Positions 1-7,874 of a DNA stretch of 32,000 nucleotides are shown piece after piece; positions within the stretch are counted from its first letter, which is position 1; every line of letters starts with the position of its first letter. The notes beneath the pieces were generated by a model. It was given only the letters and a program-made list of their open reading frames with translations. It was not told the DNA's origin and ran no database searches. The translations under genes and the position numbers were made by a program. The stretch comes from Candidatus Nanosynbacter lyticus (GTDB lineage Bacteria > Patescibacteriota > Saccharimonadia > Saccharimonadales > Saccharimonadaceae). The stretch spans positions 540,001 to 572,000 of the forward strand of contig NZ_CP124549.1 of assembly GCF_030253515.1 (NCBI RefSeq). The letters run 5' to 3'.

Positions 1-456
1 TCAAAGCTGCTTGTCTTCATCGGCATCCTCTTGAAGGGAGCGATACGCCGTGCCGAGCACACCGTTCACAAATTTCCCTGAGTTATCCGAACCAAACGTT
101 TTTGCCAGTTCCACTGCCTCGTTGATAGCCACTTTTGGTGGCACTGCTGCCCGAGAAAACAATAATTCATACAGCCCGAGCCGCAATACCGTCCGGTCAA
201 TTCGCGATATCTGCTCAATCGGCCATTCTGGCGCCAGCGGACGAAGTTTATCATCAAGCTCTGCTTTATGCGTGGTGACGCCATTGATCAGACCCCGCAC
301 AAACTCAACATCATCGACTGACGATTTGTATTTCTCAAGATTGCGCGTCAAGATATCGGCGACATTAATCCCGCTGTCGCCTACTTCCTGGCGAAACTCA
401 ATCTCGTATAAGGTCTGCAACGCGACGATTCGTCCCAAATGACGGTTTGAAGCCAT
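1..456 (-). CDS. nusB: Transcription antitermination factor NusB
   Basis: Complete 151-aa ORF (ATG 454-456, TGA 1-3). NusB-like pattern R-x-x-A-L-Q-x-LY near the N-terminus and INEAVELAK..S.KFVNGVLG near the C-terminus. Confidence 0.9.
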   Translation of the reverse strand: MASNRHLGRIVALQTLYEIEFRQEVGDSGINVADILTRNLEKYKSSVDDVEFVRGLINGVTTHKAELDDKLRPLAPEWPIEQISRIDRTVLRLGLYELLFSRAAVPPKVAINEAVELAKTFGSDNSGKFVNGVLGTAYRSLQEDADEDKQL

Positions 457-483
457 GACAAAAACGTTCCTGTTCGTGTTAGT

Positions 484-633
484 TTATTTTGTACTCTTAT
501 TACCAGTCTCACGTTTGGTCGTCTTGACTTTCACCGGTGACGTCCCGTTGACGCGGCGTGCTAATTTCAGTACCAAGTGGCTGCGACGCAGACCGGTCTT
601 GCGCGGGCTGCTCTGCTTTTTTGGTTGTGCCAT
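484..633 (-). CDS. rpmF: 50S ribosomal protein L32
   Basis: Below the 60-aa ORF-track cutoff. ATG 631-633 to TAA 484-486 translates MAQPKKQSSPRKTGLRRSHLVLKLARRVNGTSPVKVKTTKRETGNKSTK. The basic N-terminus ending in RRSH is typical of L32. GGAGA lies 7 nt upstream of the ATG. Confidence 0.8.
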   Translation of the reverse strand: MAQPKKQSSPRKTGLRRSHLVLKLARRVNGTSPVKVKTTKRETGNKSTK

Positions 634-677
634 AGAAAAATCTCCTTTATTTCAGTTTATCGTAACACTTGGGCTTC

Positions 678-706
678 ATTATACCGGTTTTTGATAGATT
701 TCTCAA
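678..706 (-). promoter_or_regulatory. Sigma70-type promoter for rpmF-nusB
   Basis: On the minus strand: TTGAGA (701-706), exactly 17 nt spacer, TATAAT (678-683). The leader to the rpmF ATG at 633 is about 40 nt and contains an SD. Confidence 0.55.
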
Positions 707-734
707 GGGGATGCAAGGTGGTGATAGTGAGTTA

Positions 735-763
735 TTGACTTTATTAAGTGTTTATGATATTAT
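735..763 (+). promoter_or_regulatory. Candidate promoter for the 805-1260 gene
   Basis: TTGACT (735-740), 17-nt spacer, TATTAT (758-763). AAGGA at 791-795 precedes the ATG at 805. Confidence 0.4.
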
Positions 764-804
764 TAAAGACATCCTACCCAACCACTAAGCAAGGATATTT
801 TACG

Positions 805-1260
805 ATGAGCAATTTATTACACAACTGGATCGCTGAGACAACTCCAAAAACACCAGAGCAGGGGCGCGGCACATTAGCTAAAGTGGGCGCTGCGGCCGTA
901 GGCGTGACAATGGTTACATTTGGGTGTAACCTTACCACTCAGCACTTAGGTAATGCCGAGAAGGAATCAATGGATCATGTTGCCGATACCGCAACCCTTA
1001 TCGTGGAAGGCGGCGCCCAAATACGCGATACCGGCGGAGTTACCGATGATAACCTTTTAGCAACTTTTACGTCAACGGGGAAACTAGAAGTCGCTGTGAC
1101 TGATGGCGTCTGGCGTAATGACAACCCGAATAGTGGACCGTGGATTTGCATAACCGAAAGCACTGCTGGCCAAGCCATGCCCGGAATAGGGCTAGATTCC
1201 AACAACAAAGACAACCTCGTATGTATTAACAGCCAAGAAGCTTCCCTACTTAGTACTTAG
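805..1260 (+). CDS. Hypothetical small exported or membrane-anchored protein
   Basis: ORF 748-1260. ATG 805 is preferred because AAGGA lies 9 nt upstream. A hydrophobic stretch LAKVGAAAVGVTMVTFGC follows a charged N-region, so it may be a signal anchor or lipoprotein. No recognisable family. Convergent with leuS. Confidence 0.5.
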   Translation: MSNLLHNWIAETTPKTPEQGRGTLAKVGAAAVGVTMVTFGCNLTTQHLGNAEKESMDHVADTATLIVEGGAQIRDTGGVTDDNLLATFTSTGKLEVAVTDGVWRNDNPNSGPWICITESTAGQAMPGIGLDSNNKDNLVCINSQEASLLST

Positions 1261-1274
1261 CAGTATTAATACAT

Positions 1275-3794
1275 CTAGACAACAATATTCACCAACTTCC
1301 CCGGCACATAAATCACCTTTTTCGGTGTCCGGGCGTCGAGATAGGCGCGAACCTTCTCGTCATCCAGCGCTCGTTGCTCAATCGTCTCTTTATCAGCGTC
1401 AGCCGGCAGCTCCAGCCGTGATCGAAGCTTACCATTGACTTGAACGATGATGGTCATCACATCGCTCACCAGATATTTCTCATCCCACTTTGGCCAGTGA
1501 TTGACATGAATAGTGTCACTATGGCCCAACTCCTGCCACAATTCCTCAGTGATATGCGGCGCAAATGGTGCGAGAATTTGCAGCAGACTCTCCAGGGTAA
1601 ACCGCCATATTTCTGACGCTTGAACGCCATGCTTTTCTTTGATTTTATACAGGCCGTTCACCATCTCCATCATCGCCGCCACTGCCGTGTTGAACTTTTC
1701 ATCCTCAATATCGCGGGTGACTTTCTTGATAGTGAGGTGAGTGAGGCGCAATAATTCAGAAGAATCAGTCGATGACGATGGGTCGCTCAAGGAAGGGTTA
1801 GTGGATGGTGATGTGTCCGCAACCACAAACTCCTGCACTAAATTCCACACTCGGTTTAAGAACCGATACGTCCCCGGCACTCCGCGCGGATCCCACGGCG
1901 CATCCATATCGTACGGCGCGATAAACATCTCATAGACGCGCAGCGCATCAGCGCCATAACCGCTGTCCATGATTTCCATTGGATCGATAACATTGCCCTT
2001 AGATTTGGACATTTTTTGGCCATCTGGCGCCATGATGTAAGCGTTGTACATCATCCGCTTGAACGGCTCCGGCGTCGGCACCAAACCAAGCTTATAGAAA
2101 AATCGCATCCAAAAACGACTATACAGCAGGTGTGCTACCGCATGATCGGCACCATTGTAATAGTCCACCGGCATCCAGTGGTTAATGCGCATTGGATCCC
2201 ACGCCTCGGCGTCATTGTGCGGGTCAAGATAGCGCAGGAAATACCAGCTGGAACAGGCATAGCCGTCCAGTGTGTCAGTTTCGCGCCGCCCTTCATACCA
2301 ATTATCGCCCGCTGGTTTTGGCTCGGTGATCGGCACCGTTTTACCCGTCTCAACATCAACCCACACGCGCACCCAATCATCAACTTGCGCTAGGACCGAG
2401 GTGTTACCGCCCGTCGGCTTGAAGTTCTCGACTTCTGGCAAAATCACCGGCAAGCACTCATCCGCCACGGCAATTGGCTCATAACCATCAACATGAACCA
2501 TCGGAATCGGCGCACCCCAGTACCGCTGGCGAGAAATCAACCAATCGCGCATTTTATAGGTAGTCTTACTCCGGCCCAAGCCCTGTTGCTCCAGCCAGGC
2601 TACCACCTGTTCGCGAGCCTCTTCGCTGCGCAGGCCGTCAAAATCGCCCGAGTTAATCAATTCGCCTTCGCCCGTGTAGCAGCCAGCATCCGCCGAGTTT
2701 TCTGGCTTTTCAATCACTTGCACTACTGGCAAATCAAATTTTTCGGCAAACTCCAAATCGCGCTCATCATGCGCCGGCACCGCCATAATCGCGCCAGTGC
2801 CGTAACCACCGAGGATATAGTCTGCTACCCAAATTGGTACTTTCTGGCCGTTGACTGGATTGATAGCATAACTACCAGTAAATACGCCGGTTTTATCTTT
2901 ATTTTCCTGGCGTTCAACGTCAGATTTCTGCTGCGCCGCCATCACATAAGCCTCAACTGCTTGGCGCGTGTCGGCATTAACCAGCTGAGACACTAATGGA
3001 TGTTCTGGCGCCAGCGCCACATACGTCGCGCCAAACAGCGTGTCGGGGCGCGTAGTGAAAACAGTTATGACGTCGTCGCGGCCTTCAACCGCAAACTCAA
3101 CCTCCGCACCAACCGACCGGCCGATCCAATTTTTCTGCATGGTTTTGACCATGTCCGTCCAGTCTAGGTCATCAGTCGCCTCCAAAATCTCATCAGCATA
3201 GGCGGTGATACGGAAGAACCACTGTTTGAGGTTGCGCTTGGTGACGGGGTTACCGCAGCGCCAACATTTGCCGCCCTCAACTTGCTCGTTAGCTAGCACC
3301 GTATTGTCGGTATCGCACCACCACTGCGGCTGCTCTTTTTGGTATGCCAAATCGTGCTTGTATAGCTGCGTAAAAATCCACTGGGTCCACTTGTAATACT
3401 CGGGGTCAGCGGTAGAAATCTCCTTTGACCAATCATAACTAAAGCCGAGTCGCTTCAGTTGAGCAATGAAATGCGCTTTAGCTTCATCGTGCGCCACCCG
3501 CGGCGTTTTACCGACCTTGATGGCATAATTTTCTACCGGGAGGCCAAAGCTATCCCAGCCAATTGGATGATATACATTGTAGCCTTGCTGACGCTTCAAG
3601 CGCGCCTTGATGTCGGCAAACTGAAACGTCCGACCGTGACCGATGTGAATACCCGCGCCAGTAATACCAGGAAGCATGCTGAGACTATAGTACTTAGGGC
3701 GCGTCGTATCACCAAGGTCAGTGACATAGGTACCATCAGCCTCCCACTTATCTTGCCATTTTTTCTCAATTTCCGTCGGATTGTAGCGTTTCAT
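1275..3794 (-). CDS. leuS: Leucyl-tRNA synthetase
   Basis: Class I aaRS motifs HIGH (GIHIGHG) and KMSKS (QKMSKSKG), plus LeuS-like N-terminus MKRYNPTEIEKKWQ. The start is moved from 3842 to the internal ATG at 3794, which removes the overlap with the upstream gene ending at 3808. Confidence 0.95.
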   Translation of the reverse strand: MKRYNPTEIEKKWQDKWEADGTYVTDLGDTTRPKYYSLSMLPGITGAGIHIGHGRTFQFADIKARLKRQQGYNVYHPIGWDSFGLPVENYAIKVGKTPRVAHDEAKAHFIAQLKRLGFSYDWSKEISTADPEYYKWTQWIFTQLYKHDLAYQKEQPQWWCDTDNTVLANEQVEGGKCWRCGNPVTKRNLKQWFFRITAYADEILEATDDLDWTDMVKTMQKNWIGRSVGAEVEFAVEGRDDVITVFTTRPDTLFGATYVALAPEHPLVSQLVNADTRQAVEAYVMAAQQKSDVERQENKDKTGVFTGSYAINPVNGQKVPIWVADYILGGYGTGAIMAVPAHDERDLEFAEKFDLPVVQVIEKPENSADAGCYTGEGELINSGDFDGLRSEEAREQVVAWLEQQGLGRSKTTYKMRDWLISRQRYWGAPIPMVHVDGYEPIAVADECLPVILPEVENFKPTGGNTSVLAQVDDWVRVWVDVETGKTVPITEPKPAGDNWYEGRRETDTLDGYACSSWYFLRYLDPHNDAEAWDPMRINHWMPVDYYNGADHAVAHLLYSRFWMRFFYKLGLVPTPEPFKRMMYNAYIMAPDGQKMSKSKGNVIDPMEIMDSGYGADALRVYEMFIAPYDMDAPWDPRGVPGTYRFLNRVWNLVQEFVVADTSPSTNPSLSDPSSSTDSSELLRLTHLTIKKVTRDIEDEKFNTAVAAMMEMVNGLYKIKEKHGVQASEIWRFTLESLLQILAPFAPHITEELWQELGHSDTIHVNHWPKWDEKYLVSDVMTIIVQVNGKLRSRLELPADADKETIEQRALDDEKVRAYLDARTPKKVIYVPGKLVNIVV

Positions 3795-3801
3795 ACTCCT
3801 T

Positions 3802-3810
3802 AGTATATCA
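3802..3810 (-). promoter_or_regulatory. Extended -10 box (TGaTATACT) 7 nt upstream of the leuS ATG
   Basis: Minus strand reads TGA TATACT AAGGAGT ATG. The hexamer is 3802-3807 and TG is 3809-3810. AAGGAG sits only 1 nt from the ATG, too close to act as an SD. Predicts a leaderless or near-leaderless transcript. Confidence 0.45.
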
Positions 3811-5037
3811 TCTCTCGACGCTAACGTTCGTGTCTTCGTCATTCTCGTCTACAGACACACCACCCCTAGCAAACGGCGGCGGTATTGGCGATGAGCCGGC
3901 AAAATCCTGAAGCACCGACTTAAGATTATCGGCATTTGATGGTATGTCAATCTGTTCTGACTTGCTGTAATCAAATGTCATATCCATAGTGATATTCCGA
4001 TCCTTGTCGTCATCTGAACTGTGTGTCTTAATCTCAATCGCTTTCAGTTGATGCGACCACGGATTGACCCAGATGCGTATAGTAGGCAATTTCTTTGATG
4101 ACGTAGTTTTATTTGCTGTATTGAATACTTTGTCGCCATAGCACTCTTTAATTTTCTTGCCAAGTTTCGTATCCCCCAGAGAATCGACAAATGCGCGTAG
4201 TTTGTCTGACATTTTACCATCCGAAGCTAGATCAATTTCAAAGCCAGGCGCACCATCACGCGGCTCGACCTTAGCGTCCTTTTTGACCGTCACAAAGCTG
4301 TTTTTGCGATACGCGTTGATCAGTTCGCTACGCACCTGCTGGTCACCATTGATCAAATCAAAGATTTCTTGGGAACATGTATCTTTATCCGCATATGACG
4401 CGCCAAGCTCATCAAATGACACCTTAAGCCACTTGCCTTCAATCTTGTTAAGTTTCTCATCAAGCTGTTTGAGGATCTGGTCGCGTATCATCGTCGACCG
4501 CGTACCTGGTAGTACTCCCCGGCTTCGAGCCTTGATGATCGTCTCTATCATCTGGCGCACGATATCTTTTAGATGTTCGCTCTTAATATAAATCGTGCCT
4601 TTGCCGTCAGCCGCCATTGTGAGGATGACGTCTTGCTGGATCTCCATGCCGTTAATAGCTAACTTTATCGTAGCTTCAGTTTTTGACTTTGGTGCGTCGG
4701 TGGCGGCTTTGAGTTTAACATCAACCCGATTACCATTGCCGAGATTCATGACAAACTTGCCCGAGGAAACCACCTTTTTGGTCTGGAATGAATTAACCAC
4801 TGCATCAGTCACCATCCTCTGCGGGTCTTGCCACCAGAAAAAGTACAACAGTACCGCAGCAATAGCCAGCAGCAATACGACCGAGCCGGTAACAATACCG
4901 ATGATGAGGCCAGTTTTCTTTTTTGGCGGCATAACCGAATTCATGATCGGCGGGCGCAAGGACGACGATGCCGGCGGTGTTGACGCAGCGGCTTTATCCG
5001 CTGGTGTTTTCTTGCTATTCGTACCCTTGTCGTCCAT
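3808..5037 (-). CDS. Hypothetical single-pass membrane-anchored surface protein
   Basis: 409-aa ORF. It has a Pro/Ser/Ala-rich N-terminus, one strong TM helix (LIIGIVTGSVVLLLAIAAVLLYFFWW), a roughly 330-aa hydrophilic domain and an acidic C-terminus. GAGGAGG lies just upstream of the ATG. No family recognised. Looks visibly more AT-rich than its neighbours. Confidence 0.75.
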   Translation of the reverse strand: MDDKGTNSKKTPADKAAASTPPASSSLRPPIMNSVMPPKKKTGLIIGIVTGSVVLLLAIAAVLLYFFWWQDPQRMVTDAVVNSFQTKKVVSSGKFVMNLGNGNRVDVKLKAATDAPKSKTEATIKLAINGMEIQQDVILTMAADGKGTIYIKSEHLKDIVRQMIETIIKARSRGVLPGTRSTMIRDQILKQLDEKLNKIEGKWLKVSFDELGASYADKDTCSQEIFDLINGDQQVRSELINAYRKNSFVTVKKDAKVEPRDGAPGFEIDLASDGKMSDKLRAFVDSLGDTKLGKKIKECYGDKVFNTANKTTSSKKLPTIRIWVNPWSHQLKAIEIKTHSSDDDKDRNITMDMTFDYSKSEQIDIPSNADNLKSVLQDFAGSSPIPPPFARGGVSVDENDEDTNVSVER

Positions 5038-5067
5038 ATTCCTCCTCGTTATACTTTCATTGTATCA

Positions 5068-6381
5068 CTATCCGCGAAAGCGCGAGAAAAATTCATTTTT
5101 TCGCTTAATCCAATCAGGTGACTGGCGCACCAATTTTTTCTCATCCTCAGTGCTGTGTAGGTTAATTTTAATCGCTTCCTCGAGCCAAACACCGCCACTT
5201 GAACCTTTGAAGAGAGCCACGCCGCCCGCATGAAGTTTTTCGCGCACAAATCCGCCGGCCATCAGCGCATCACGACACTCCTTGACCTGACAGCCGCGAC
5301 GACGTGCTACTGGCGCTAGGTATTGATTAGCCATCTCACCGACGGTCACTACCCAATCCAGCTCGTCTGGTGAACACTGAGCGCCGAGCTTGGCATGACC
5401 GGCCTGCGTATCCTTGCGTAGCCCATTCATGTTACCAAACACCACGATACGCTGCGGCACCTCAAGACTGTACAGCGTTTGTAGTGCTGACAATGCCGTC
5501 AGTGGTGATGAGCTATAGCTATCGTCAATCAAAATCGTCTGATCCGCACCGCGAAGCACTTGCATCCGACCCGGCAGCGGGCCTAACTGGCTCAAGCCCT
5601 TTTCAATCAATTCTTTCGTCATACCCATCCGCACCCCAGCGAGCATCGCCACGACGGCTGGCCGCAGATTATGTTCACCAAGCAGCGGCAGCGTCACCGC
5701 GATGCCATCAGGGTATTCCGGGCCGATAATCTTGCCGACATAACCGTGCTCCAGCGAGAAATCATGCTGCTCAAAATAATACTCAGCGACCTCGCTAGTG
5801 CCATATGTCGTCATCTGGGGATTTGTCAAAAACGCAGCAAATCGACCGTCAATATCATCGCGGTTAATGGCCGCAAAGCGAGCATTATTCGCCAATGTTA
5901 GCATCTCGCCAGCCACCTCTTCGACGGTATGTTCAACCCGCATGCGGCCAGAGGTTACCGACGTCACAACGGCCATGTCCGGCAAAATAACCTGCTGAAA
6001 CCACACGTTAAAACCAGGCTGCATCGGGCTGAATTCTTGGACGATGACATGAGCTTCAGGATGCTCAGCGCGAGCACGCTTTTTGACAGCTCGCATCATC
6101 TTGCGGCGGTGCCAAAATCCCCACTTCTCCTCCGGACGATTCTCAGGATAGCGCACACCCATAATCTGTAGAAGGGTTTGCAAGTGCGACATTGGCTCAG
6201 CAGCGTGCATGGCGACAGCAAATTGCTGCGATAGCACAGTGGCGATCGCCGTTTTGGCACTCGTCTTGCCAGCGCTCCCGGTCACTGCGATCAACTTGAC
6301 ATCAGCATGGTCGGCAAAAAATTGCCGGACATAACGTATCATTTTTTTCTCAAACGACTTCTTGAACATCTCCTTTATCAT
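5068..6381 (-). CDS. Mur ligase family protein (MurF-like, lacking the N-terminal domain)
   Basis: P-loop VTGSAGKTS lies about 30 aa from the N-terminus. Central and C-terminal Mur-ligase-like regions are present (ILIDDSYSSSP, VVFGNM). The alternative start ATG 6369 (MFKKSF..) is favoured by the promoter geometry. Confidence 0.8.
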   Translation of the reverse strand: MIKEMFKKSFEKKMIRYVRQFFADHADVKLIAVTGSAGKTSAKTAIATVLSQQFAVAMHAAEPMSHLQTLLQIMGVRYPENRPEEKWGFWHRRKMMRAVKKRARAEHPEAHVIVQEFSPMQPGFNVWFQQVILPDMAVVTSVTSGRMRVEHTVEEVAGEMLTLANNARFAAINRDDIDGRFAAFLTNPQMTTYGTSEVAEYYFEQHDFSLEHGYVGKIIGPEYPDGIAVTLPLLGEHNLRPAVVAMLAGVRMGMTKELIEKGLSQLGPLPGRMQVLRGADQTILIDDSYSSSPLTALSALQTLYSLEVPQRIVVFGNMNGLRKDTQAGHAKLGAQCSPDELDWVVTVGEMANQYLAPVARRRGCQVKECRDALMAGGFVREKLHAGGVALFKGSSGGVWLEEAIKINLHSTEDEKKLVRQSPDWIKRKNEFFSRFRG

Positions 6382-6385
6382 ACCA
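6377..6385 (-). promoter_or_regulatory. Extended -10 box (TGgTATGAT) 7 nt upstream of ATG 6369
   Basis: Minus strand reads TGG TATGAT AAAGGAG ATG. The hexamer overlaps the first ATG (6379-6381). This suggests a leaderless start at 6369. Confidence 0.4.
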
Positions 6386-6413
6386 TAAGCGCTATCAAAC
6401 GCGCCACTTGACG

Positions 6414-6506
6414 AATAAAAAAGAGCTGTTACGCGCCCACCCGGGGCAATTTCATGTGTTTGTTTTGGATGGCAGCATAGGAAACGCCCCTATGCGTACC
6501 AGCTCT
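6414..6506 (-). terminator. Long branched hairpin plus U-tract downstream of the GNAT gene (terminator or small structured RNA)
   Basis: Outer stem is 6422-6428 paired with 6500-6506 (AGAGCTG/CAGCTCT), extended by 6430-6434 paired with 6494-6498. An inner 5-bp hairpin (ATAGG / loop GGCGTTT / CCTAT on the minus strand) lies at about 6476-6492. On the minus strand the structure is followed by TTTTTATT (6414-6421). Confidence 0.35.
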
Positions 6507-6561
6507 GACGATATTATGCGCTTTTCTGTTAAAAAGCACAAGGGGTTTGATCAATATTTAC

Positions 6562-6999
6562 CTACAATTGTTTGGCGAAGGCATTAGTGCCACGTACGAC
6601 CGCACCTTTTTTCAAGTAGAATCGCTGCGCTGCTTCACGTTCTGGGCGCGATGTGAATTCTAATTTCAAAGCGCCCTGCTCGCGGCCCCAGTCGATGATA
6701 GCGTCCCAGAGTTGAGAGCCGACGCCCTTACCCTGGATAGTCGGATCAGCAACGAAATCGTCGAGGTAGATCTTGCGCCCAGCAGCCGGCCCCAGTAATA
6801 ACGCCACCGTTGCCATGCCAACGACTTTGCCTGATAACCGTGCCAACAGCAACGCATGACTCGGCGAGTCGATAATCTGCTGTAACAGCTCGGTATCAGC
6901 CGGGTGTGGCTTGCTGGTGAGTGCCGCGATGAGGTTAGTAATGTCTGCCACATCAGCTTCAGTGATATGGGATGCTCGTTCAATTGTCAATTCGTCCAT
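6562..6999 (-). CDS. GNAT family N-acetyltransferase
   Basis: 145-aa ORF with the acetyl-CoA binding motif Q-G-K-G-V-G-S-Q-L and a GNAT-like C-terminal FY.K.G segment. Confidence 0.85.
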   Translation of the reverse strand: MDELTIERASHITEADVADITNLIAALTSKPHPADTELLQQIIDSPSHALLLARLSGKVVGMATVALLLGPAAGRKIYLDDFVADPTIQGKGVGSQLWDAIIDWGREQGALKLEFTSRPEREAAQRFYLKKGAVVRGTNAFAKQL

Positions 7000-7005
7000 G
7001 CTTCC

Positions 7006-7011
7006 ATTATA
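7006..7011 (-). promoter_or_regulatory. -10 box TATAAT, 6 nt upstream of the GNAT ATG (6999)
   Basis: Minus strand reads TATAAT GGAAGC ATG. No room for an SD. Confidence 0.45.
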
Positions 7012-7013
7012 CT
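7008..7013 (+). promoter_or_regulatory. -10 box TATACT, 6 nt upstream of the pta-like ATG (7020)
   Basis: Plus strand reads TATACT ATACCT ATG. It overlaps the opposite-strand TATAAT by 4 bp. Confidence 0.45.
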
Positions 7014-7019
7014 ATACCT

Positions 7020-7862
7020 ATGAATCAGCACATACGAGACTTAGCAAAAACCTTAGCCTTACGTCCGCCACGCGTGGTATTTCCTGAAGGTAATAACCAC
7101 ATCATCCAGCAGGCGGCGCGGGCACTAGAGGAGAGCGGTGCGGTGCAGCCGGTGCTGCTCGATGGGGAAGAGAACGCTATCAATCGCGGTGCAACGATGC
7201 TAACGAGCGGCGAGGCTGACGTTATGGTGGCTGGAATTGATCATCCAACGAAAGACGTGCTGCGGGCTGGACTGAAAATTGTTGGACTGGCGCCCGATGT
7301 TCGATATGCATCCAGCTTTTTCGTGATAGACGTCCCACAGTTTCAGGGTGGCGAACACGGCTTGTTATTCTTTGCTGACTGCGGCATGAACATTCAGCCA
7401 AATGCCGAACAGCTGGCGGCAATTGCTATGACCTCGGCGGATAGTGCAGCGTCGCTTGGCTGGGAGCCACGCGTGGCTATGCTGTCATACTCAACGAAAG
7501 GCAGCGCTGGCGGCGACAGCGTCGAGCTCGTCACCCAGGCACTACGGCTCGTCAAAACAGAGCGACCCGATATACTCATTGATGGCGAACTGCAATTAGA
7601 CGCGGCGATCGTCCCCGCTATCGGCCAGAAAAAATCACCAAGCAGTCCGGTTGCTGGCATGGCTAATATCCTTGTGTTTCCTGATCTTGATTCTGGTAAT
7701 ATCGCCTATAAGTTAGCCGAACATCTGGCTGGCGGTCATGCGTACGGGCCGATCTTGCAGGGTTTTGCTCGGCCAATCAGCGACCTATCGCGCGGCTCTA
7801 GCGTTGATGATGTGATCGGCGCCACACTCGTTACTGCTAGTATGGCGCAAGCGCACTTATAG
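7020..7862 (+). CDS. pta: Phosphate acetyl/butyryl-transferase family protein (Pta-like)
   Basis: PTA_PTB-type motifs: VVFPEG near the N-terminus, SYSTKGS, ANILVFPDLDSGNIAYK, and GPILQG..PISDLSRG. The start is moved from 6972 to ATG 7020 (MNQHIRD), which removes the overlap with the GNAT gene. Confidence 0.8.
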   Translation: MNQHIRDLAKTLALRPPRVVFPEGNNHIIQQAARALEESGAVQPVLLDGEENAINRGATMLTSGEADVMVAGIDHPTKDVLRAGLKIVGLAPDVRYASSFFVIDVPQFQGGEHGLLFFADCGMNIQPNAEQLAAIAMTSADSAASLGWEPRVAMLSYSTKGSAGGDSVELVTQALRLVKTERPDILIDGELQLDAAIVPAIGQKKSPSSPVAGMANILVFPDLDSGNIAYKLAEHLAGGHAYGPILQGFARPISDLSRGSSVDDVIGATLVTASMAQAHL

Positions 7863-7874
7863 CAACGAGCGACA

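Noticed and set aside
748-804. The longer GTG start at 748 for the small exported protein.
   Set aside because: GTG 748 lies inside the predicted promoter spacer (between the -35 and -10 boxes) and has no SD. ATG 805 has AAGGA at a suitable distance.
1745-1835. A Ser/Pro/Thr/Asp-rich low-complexity insert (ADTSPSTNPSLSDPSSSTDSSE) in LeuS.
   Set aside because: It falls in the naturally variable linker before the anticodon-binding domain. The frame is intact and no repeat structure is visible at the DNA level. It is probably a lineage-specific loop of little consequence.
6382-6561. Considered whether the 180-nt spacer encodes SRP (4.5S) RNA, 6S RNA or a riboswitch upstream of the Mur ligase gene.
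   Set aside because: I could not find the conserved SRP domain IV features (a GNAR tetraloop flanked by AGCA/GGAA-type symmetric loops) on either strand. The region is too short for 6S, RNase P or tmRNA. The Mur-ligase promoter appears to lie downstream of the structure, which argues against a 5'-UTR riboswitch. It is kept only as a low-confidence structured element.
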